The notes under the pieces were generated by a model, which saw only the letters and a list, made by a program, of their open reading frames with translations, was not told where the DNA came from and searched no databases. A stretch of 64,000 nt of DNA from Escherichia phage vB_EcoM-ZQ1, in sequence record MW650886.1; one strand, 5' to 3'. The translations under genes were made by a program, and so were the position numbers. Below, in pieces: positions 63,716 through 64,000 of the stretch; within the stretch, counting starts at the first letter, position 1; each line of letters opens with the position of its first letter.

Positions 63716-64000
63716 TTAGAACAGGCCTTTGATCAGCCCTTTACGGAAATATACGTTGGTGTCCTTGGCGATACCATCCGCAGTCACATAGACCTGTGGA
63801 TCCTGGTTCGCTGGGATCTGAACGAATGGGTTAGCACAAATCCCGTAGCGGGTCTTGAATGCCATACGTGGTGCGAAGGTGGTTTCACCCTGGGTGCGGT
63901 ACATTTCCAGCGGTACATACGGTGCGAAGAAGATACCAGCGTCCAGTGCGGTTGCGCCTTTGTATGCTAGGGTGATGTATTCTGCTACTGCATACGGGTC
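63716..64000 (-). CDS. hypothetical protein, 3' end only; gene starts beyond the window end
   Basis: Open minus-strand frame continues to the window edge; the listed 62-aa ORF is its C-terminal tail. Confidence 0.45.
   Translation of the reverse strand, partial: DPYAVAEYITLAYKGATALDAGIFFAPYVPLEMYRTQGETTFAPRMAFKTRYGICANPFVQIPANQDPQVYVTADGIAKDTNVYFRKGLIKGLF

Noticed and set aside
1-64000. CRISPR arrays, rRNA genes, integrase/attachment sites or insertion sequences
   Set aside because: No spacer-repeat arrays, no rRNA-like conserved stretches, and no integrase or transposase ORFs were seen; the only tandem repeats are the short ones reported.

Overview
This window reads as a densely packed stretch of a T4-superfamily virulent myovirus genome, not a bacterial chromosome. 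Almost all genes are on the minus strand, separated by promoter/hairpin cassettes, with a few plus-strand genes that carry T4-type late-promoter motifs. Calls rest on motif-level comparison to T4 proteins recalled from memory; no database search was run, and hand-indexed regulatory coordinates may be off by 1-2 nt. Recognisable genes: a nucleotide-metabolism operon (dCTPase/dUTPase-like, dNMP kinase, thymidylate-synthase-family enzyme, P-loop kinase), NrdA/NrdB/NrdH-like, gp32 SSB, gp61 primase, gp44/gp62 clamp loader, gp45 clamp, RegA, gp46/gp47 recombination nuclease, gp55 late sigma, UvsW, a possible UvsY, bacterial-type RNase HI, a DinG/XPD-like helicase, HU, a RuvC-like resolvase, PhoH, an endolysin, a gp5-like baseplate spike with a cysteine-peptidase domain, and a gp25-like wedge protein. 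About half the ORFs have no recognisable function. The ORF track uses GTG/TTG as well as ATG starts, so several N-termini were re-set to an ATG with a Shine-Dalgarno. Most interesting: the TS-family/kinase module (possible non-canonical pyrimidine in the DNA), an ACP-like protein whose phosphopantetheine serine is replaced by Glu, the block of unknown large proteins (including a vWA/MIDAS protein) where T4 carries its DNA polymerase, and the repeated promoter-hairpin-leader cassettes.
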